From Trichoplax adhaerens (Eukaryota > Animalia > Placozoa), in contig NW_002060944.1 in assembly GCF_000150275.1 (NCBI RefSeq), forward strand, positions 5,150,123 through 5,214,122: a stretch of DNA of 64,000 nt. Reading direction: 5' to 3'. The notes below the pieces were generated by a model. It was not told the DNA's origin and did no database searches. It saw nothing but the letters and a program-made list of their open reading frames with translations. The translations under genes were made by a program, and so were the position numbers. This document shows, one piece after another, positions 58,243 to 64,000 of this stretch; position 1 is the stretch's first letter; each line of letters opens with the position of its first letter.

Positions 58243-61078
58243 ATTCCATTTGAATGCGTCAATAGGAGACGTACCCATATATCATATTAAAGGCTGATTT
58301 TGTTTCAACGTGTCCATCTGATGTATTTTTCGATGAAGACTTTTACCTATGTCAAAGAGCTGAGTTTGTTGTTTCGTGATTCTTAGTTTTAGTTTTAATG
58401 ATAGATATAAGTGATCTCCTTGATTGCAGAGTCTTTATTTTTATAATTAATTAACACAGTAGTACCATGGAAATTGATTGCACTATGCAGTATTCAATAG
58501 AGTTAACAGTAAATGCAGTAACTCCAATAGAATATTATTTTATTTCCTGATTGTTAGTTTTAGTTTTAAAGATAGATATAACTCATATAAGTAATCTTCT
58601 CGATTGCAGAGTCCATATTTTTAGTGAATAAAGCAGTACCTTGGAAATTGATTGCGCCATGCAATCATACGCTCGTATATACTACTAGTGGTACAGTCAA
58701 TACTCCAAACATAGGGAGAGGCAGTCGAAATGTATTTGAAACATGATGGAGCGATGACGTCATATCTAGTTTTAAAGATAGATATAATTCAAATAACTAA
58801 TCTTCTCGATTGCAGAGTACACAGTAGTACCATGGAAATTGATTGCACCATGCAGCATTCAATAGAGTTAACAGTAAATGCAGTAACTCCAATAGAATAT
58901 TATTTCCTGATTCTTAGTTTTAGTTTTAAAGATAGACATAAGTGATCTTCTCGATTGCAGAGTCTGTATCCTTACTAATGAAGTAATACCATGGAAATTG
59001 ATTGCACCATACAGTATTCAATAGAGTTAACGGTAAATGCAGTAACTCCAATAGAATATTATTTCCTGATTCTTAGTTTTAGTTTTAAAGATAGACATAA
59101 GTAATCTTCTCGATTGCAGAGTCTGTATCTTTATTAATGAAGTAGTACCATGGAAATTGATTGCGCCATGCAATCATAAGCTCGTATATAGAGCTAGTGG
59201 CACAGTCAATACTCCATACATAGGGAGAGGCAGTCGAAATGTATTTCGATGGGGCGATGACGTCATATCTGCCGGTCAAGTGCTGATCGAGTTTTTCTTT
59301 CTTTTGATCTCAGTTGTTGTCAGTGTACTGTACCGGCGTCCAGTCCTGTCCAACACCAGTGTAACAGTTCAATACTGAGTAGTGAGTATCCGTGTTATGG
59401 AGTGCCACTCCATAGCATAGTACTGTAGAGTGGAGCTGTCTGGAAAATCGTCATGTGAGCTGCGTACGGCCTTACGTATNNNNNNNNNNNNNNNNNNNNN
59501 NNNNNNNNNNNNNNNNNNNNNNNNNNNNNATTCCATTTGAATGCGTCAATAGGAGACGTACCCATATATCATATTAAAGGCTGATTTTGTTTCAACGTGT
59601 CCATCTGATGTATTTTTCGATGAAGACTTTTACCTATGTCAAAGAGCTGAGTTTGTTGTTTCGTGATTCTTAGTTTTAGTTTTAATGATAGATATAAGTG
59701 ATCTCCTTGATTGCAGAGTCTTTATTTTTATAATTAATTAACACAGTAGTACCATGGAAATTGATTGCACTATGCAGTATTCAATAGAGTTAACAGTAAA
59801 TGCAGTAACTCCAATAGAATATTATTTTATTTCCTGATTGTTAGTTTTAGTTTTAAAGATAGATATAACTCATATAAGTAATCTTCTCGATTGCAGAGTC
59901 CATATTTTTAGTGAATAAAGCAGTACCTTGGAAATTGATTGCGCCATGCAATCATACGCTCGTATATACTACTAGTGGTACAGTCAATACTCCAAACATA
60001 GGGAGAGGCAGTCGAAATGTATTTGAAACATGATGGAGCGATGACGTCATATCTAGTTTTAAAGATAGATATAATTCAAATAACTAATCTTCTCGATTGC
60101 AGAGTACACAGTAGTACCATGGAAATTGATTGCACCATGCAGCATTCAATAGAGTTAACAGTAAATGCAGTAACTCCAATAGAATATTATTTCCTGATTC
60201 TTAGTTTTAGTTTTAAAGATAGACATAAGTGATCTTCTCGATTGCAGAGTCTGTATCCTTACTAATGAAGTAATACCATGGAAATTGATTGCACCATACA
60301 GTATTCAATAGAGTTAACGGTAAATGCAGTAACTCCAATAGAATATTATTTCCTGATTCTTAGTTTTAGTTTTAATGATAGACATAAGTAATCTTCTCGA
60401 TTGCAGAGTCTGTATCTTTATTAATGAAGTAGTACCATGGAAATTGATTGCACCATACAGTATCCAATAGAGTTAACGGTAAATGCAGTAACTCCAATAG
60501 GATATTTCCTGATTCTTAGTTTTAGTTTTAAAGATAGACATAAGTAATCTTCTCGATTGCAGAGTCTGTATCTTTATTAATGAAGTAATACCATGGAAAT
60601 TGATTGCACCATACAGTATTCAATAGAGTTAACGGTAAATGCAGTAACTCCAATAGGATATTTCCTGATTCTTAGTTTTAGTTTTAAAGATAGACATAAG
60701 TAATCTTCTCGATTGCAGAGTCTGTATCTTTATTAATGAAGTAATACCATGGAAACTGATTGCGCCATGCAATCATACGCTCGTATATAGGGCTAGTGGT
60801 ACAGTCAATACTCCAAACATAGGGAGAGGCAGTCGAAATGTATTTCGATGGAGCGATGACGTCATATCTGCCTGTCAAGTGCTGATCGAGTTTTTCTTTC
60901 TTTTGATCTCAGTTGTTGTCAGTATACTGTACCGGCGTCCAGTCCTGTCCAATACCAGTGTAACAGTTCAATACTGAGTTGTGAGTATCCGTGTTATGGA
61001 GTGCCACTCCATAGCACAGTACTGTAGAGTGGAGCTGTCTGGAAAATCGTCATGTGAGCTGCGTACGGCCTTACGTAT
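58243..61078. repeat. Duplicated block (58243-59479 and 59530-61078) containing a roughly 156-bp minisatellite, split by a 50-N gap
   Basis: The offset between copies is 1287 bp at the left end (identical ORFs at 58730 and 60017) and 1599 bp at the right end, so copy 2 has two extra units. Unit core: ttagttttagttttaaagatagacataagtaatcttctcgattgcagag...ccatggaaattgattgc. Confidence 0.92.
59480..59529. other. Assembly gap (50 N)
   Basis: Run of n characters. Confidence 1.
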
Positions 61079-61093
61079 GGAATGTCTATAAAT
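60856..61093 (+). promoter_or_regulatory. Putative ependymin-gene promoter: CRE palindrome, 27-bp palindrome, TATA box
   Basis: ATGACGTCAT at 60856-60865, gtgttatggagtg-c-cactccatagcac at 60991-61017, and TATAAAT at 61087-61093, about 55 bp upstream of the ATG at 61146. Confidence 0.55.
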
Positions 61094-61145
61094 GCAAACG
61101 AGCAGCAAGGTCAGGACATTATTCGTTATTCGTTCCAGCTGGAAA

Positions 61146-61832
61146 ATGTTGCGTTCGTTGATATTCTTAGCTATCCTGTGCTCTGCAGTATATGCCTCGA
61201 AAAAGCCTTGCTGTGTGCCTGGCCAATGGTCTGGTATGATATTGCAAGGAGGCTTTGATTCTATGGGAAAGGGTAAAGCTCAAAAAAATATTACTTTCGC
61301 TGCTAAATTACATGTCTACCTCGATGCCAAAATGGGCAAATACAGGGTTGACGAGAGCATCACCACTTCCAAAAGCAATATCACCGTCATTTCCGACTAT
61401 AAGGCTGGTCTTCAATACCTTGTGATTGGTAAGAAGTGTACTACTAGCAAGTTGATGGGAAAATTCCCCAATCTGTGTATTCCGAAGACTGCAAATTTCC
61501 TTGGAAGTGGAGTACTTGGCTTAAAATTAAATTATGATTTATTCAGCTTTTCGTCTACTGATCGAAAAACTGCTGGTATTGTGGCTGTAACCGACAAAGG
61601 CTGTCTACCTGTTTTTGAATCGATAACCTTGCCTGTTGCTGGTAAGACACCACAGCAAGTAGCTGTTTCTCAGATCTTTAGCAACATCAAGCCTGGAATT
61701 AAAGATGATTCAATATTTAAAAAGCCTTCAAACTGCCCTTCTCAACCTGAAAAGGTCATTCAAGGCTTGGATCCTCTAACTTATCTTCATGAGAGATTGG
61801 TACAGCGTGCACTAAAGCAGCTCGGTCAATAG
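61146..61832 (+). CDS. Ependymin-related secreted protein (EPDR family), single exon, 228 aa
   Basis: Signal peptide MLRSLIFLAILCSAVYA followed by PCCVPGQWSG, ISDYKAG.QY, KC, LCIPKTANFLG, GCLPV and IFKKPSNC, the typical ependymin-domain pattern. Two NIT sequons. Confidence 0.88.
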   Translation: MLRSLIFLAILCSAVYASKKPCCVPGQWSGMILQGGFDSMGKGKAQKNITFAAKLHVYLDAKMGKYRVDESITTSKSNITVISDYKAGLQYLVIGKKCTTSKLMGKFPNLCIPKTANFLGSGVLGLKLNYDLFSFSSTDRKTAGIVAVTDKGCLPVFESITLPVAGKTPQQVAVSQIFSNIKPGIKDDSIFKKPSNCPSQPEKVIQGLDPLTYLHERLVQRALKQLGQ

Positions 61833-63184
61833 AGCATGGGAACATTTGCCTTTTTTGATAGTATTGATTATAGTTTAGTCATTGCACTCTATCCATCACT
61901 TAAAATCGAAAATAAAAATACGTCTTGAAAGTATTCAATCAGTAAAAATCCACATTTACAAGGTTGTTTTGTCATCTCTACTAACGGTAAATAACAGGTT
62001 ATCAATGCTTCCTTTGATCACCATACGCTTAGTAGATGTCGACGATAGGATATCTAATGTTATAGTCTAGCGGTAATCTCTTACCGACTCTGTTTTTTGC
62101 ATACTTAATCGTAGCCATAGAGTAGCTACTCCAGGATGTCCTGTTGCTAACACTAAATAAAATAAAGCTATCTTACAAAAGGAAATATCTTGTCAACGGT
62201 GTTATCAGAGACTAAGTAAAAATTGACAACATGTACTAATGGTGAAACAAGTAAGACGGCAGTTGTTCGCGTAATTAGCACATAATAGTCATTTATACGT
62301 TGATTAATATGATCTTAGGCAATATCGATTGATTCATATCAGGCTTTATCATTGTCACAATTATATTACACTCTAATGATGAGAAGATGAGCCAATTTCA
62401 GAATGGTACCTTTCTACCTTGACAGTTCAATTTAATGAGAAATTGCAAGCAGCACCTTCGGTACACCTAAGCTTCAAGTTTTCACCTTGCAATATTATTT
62501 GTTATTATCAGTGCATCAAACAGACCGTCAAGAAAGAATTCTTTTTATTACTTTTATCATGCAAAGCGGTTGACAAAAATCAAAGGATAGAACAGTACAT
62601 GACATCATCTAATTCAGTTCACCAATATTTAAAAAGTGATTTGTTGAAAGATGCTTCAGCATTGAAGAATTACGCTTTGAGATATGAACGGTAATTACGA
62701 TACTTTAATGAAATAATTAAGAGAAATATTTGATTCTGATATCTGCCTATACAGAAACGACAGTCTTGACGATTAAAGTCAAAGGGTAGCTTGATTACAT
62801 GACTAAAATCTGCTTCACTTGCATGCTAAACTATTGATCAAATTAGCATCTAGTTTACCCGTCTTCTTTCTGATACTTTGTACTTGTAAGATAAATAATA
62901 ACCGTAGCAACAATATCACATGATATTGGAATGATTGGCCTCTTATTAAAATATCAATTGGATACTGTACGTATCTATTAATACATATCATACTATTGTC
63001 TTCCAATAGGATATAAACAATGGCGTTTATTAATTTCAGTAGAACAGCTCTATATGTATGACTTATACTTCTTTTGCGATCGATTTTTAGTGGAATGGCA
63101 TAGAACTTTTTTAATGCTGAGCTATCGTATTGATAAATGAATTCATTTACCATATGTTACTAGATGATTAACTGTAAAAATTAA

Positions 63185-63620
63185 AACAGACTATTACATC
63201 GACTTTACTCAATTACTTGTAAAGGCTATCAGTTGAGTATTTTTCATATACAGCAGTGCTACTTATGGCCAATAACTGATCTCTGTCGCAGAACAGGATT
63301 TAATCTTATATATTTTTTACCTTCTTTCTTCAGTAATGGACTATTTTATCGACTTTGCTCAATGACTTGTAAAAGCTATCAGCTGAGTATTTTTCATGTA
63401 CAGTGTAATAGTGCTACCGATGACTAAGAACTGATAGCTGTGGCGATAGAGCAAGATTTAAGCCTATGCATTCTTGACCTCCTTTCTTTAGCAATGTATT
63501 GTTTTATCGGCTTTGCTCAATGACTTATAAAGACTATCAGCTGAGTATTTTTTATGTACAAAAGTGCCATCTGTATGTCCTATAACGAACTGATATCTGT
63601 GCTTGAGTGGATAAAAGTAA
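63185..63620. repeat. Degenerate tandem repeat of about 150-158 bp, 3 copies
   Basis: tcg.cttt.ctcaat.actt.taa..ctatcag.tgagtattttt.at.taca recurs at about 63199, 63349 and 63507. Confidence 0.8.
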
Positions 63621-64000
63621 AATCTTAAGTCCAATGGAGTTACACAAATCTGTACGTTCGTTCTAGCGTAATGATTAAAGAACACCCGCAGAAGCGATTT
63701 ACGGTAATTTTAAAAATTTGTCTTAAATTACTATAAAAGACTTGCTAGATATGTCTTAGATTTAGATACGTAATAAAGTTCAATACGAAAGCAGCGTAAA
63801 TACTGTTTTACTTTTTCACGAATAGTAATTGGAACATTTTTGCAAGGCTCAATATTAAAGTATGCAATTATATACTGTGTAGTGAGTGTGTATATATACA
63901 TCAAAACTTGTTATTAAAATTCAGTTTGAATATAAATATCTAAAGGTACTTATTCACTATAACAACTGAACTAATTATTAACACGAAGTATCAGGAGCAA

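Noticed and set aside
58730-60878. Duplicated small ORFs (71 aa and 64 aa) in the upstream repeat
   Set aside because: They arise from the minisatellite sequence and have no domain or splice support.
58243-61078. Repeat arrays as CRISPR arrays (also 34094-35421)
   Set aside because: Eukaryotic intron-containing context, units of 150-217 bp with no unique spacers, and no cas genes.
61092-61145. Upstream ATG extending the ependymin ORF to 246 aa
   Set aside because: The ATG overlaps the TATA box, and the signal peptide begins at 61146.

Overview
Gene-dense, AT-rich animal genomic DNA with short GT-AG introns and one 50-N scaffold gap. Composition and gene content suggest a basal metazoan, most plausibly a placozoan such as Trichoplax; this is inference. 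Manual exon assembly gives nine protein-coding genes: endophilin-B (SH3GLB, +), ODF2/cenexin (-), intronless DCLRE1B/Apollo (-), intron-rich CMTR2 (+), an orphan gene (-), SURF4 (-), AXDND1 (+), a secreted multidomain protein (-) and an intronless ependymin-related gene (+). The top finding is the secreted protein at 48563-53823: signal peptide, acidic propeptide ending in KR, MAM domain, ROR/MuSK-type Frizzled CRD, and a C-terminal six-cysteine domain matching the BMP-binding N-terminal domain of RGM/hemojuvelin. It has no transmembrane segment or GPI signal, making it a candidate soluble dual Wnt/BMP ligand trap. Other highlights are a tandem array of duplicated splice acceptors in SURF4 intron 2, perfect RFX X-boxes upstream of the two ciliary genes, a 38-bp hairpin insertion with a 9-bp target-site duplication, a CRE-bearing repeat promoter duplicated across the gap upstream of the ependymin gene, and linkage matching the human chr1/chr9q paralogon. 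All homology calls were made by eye against remembered sequences; no database searches were run.
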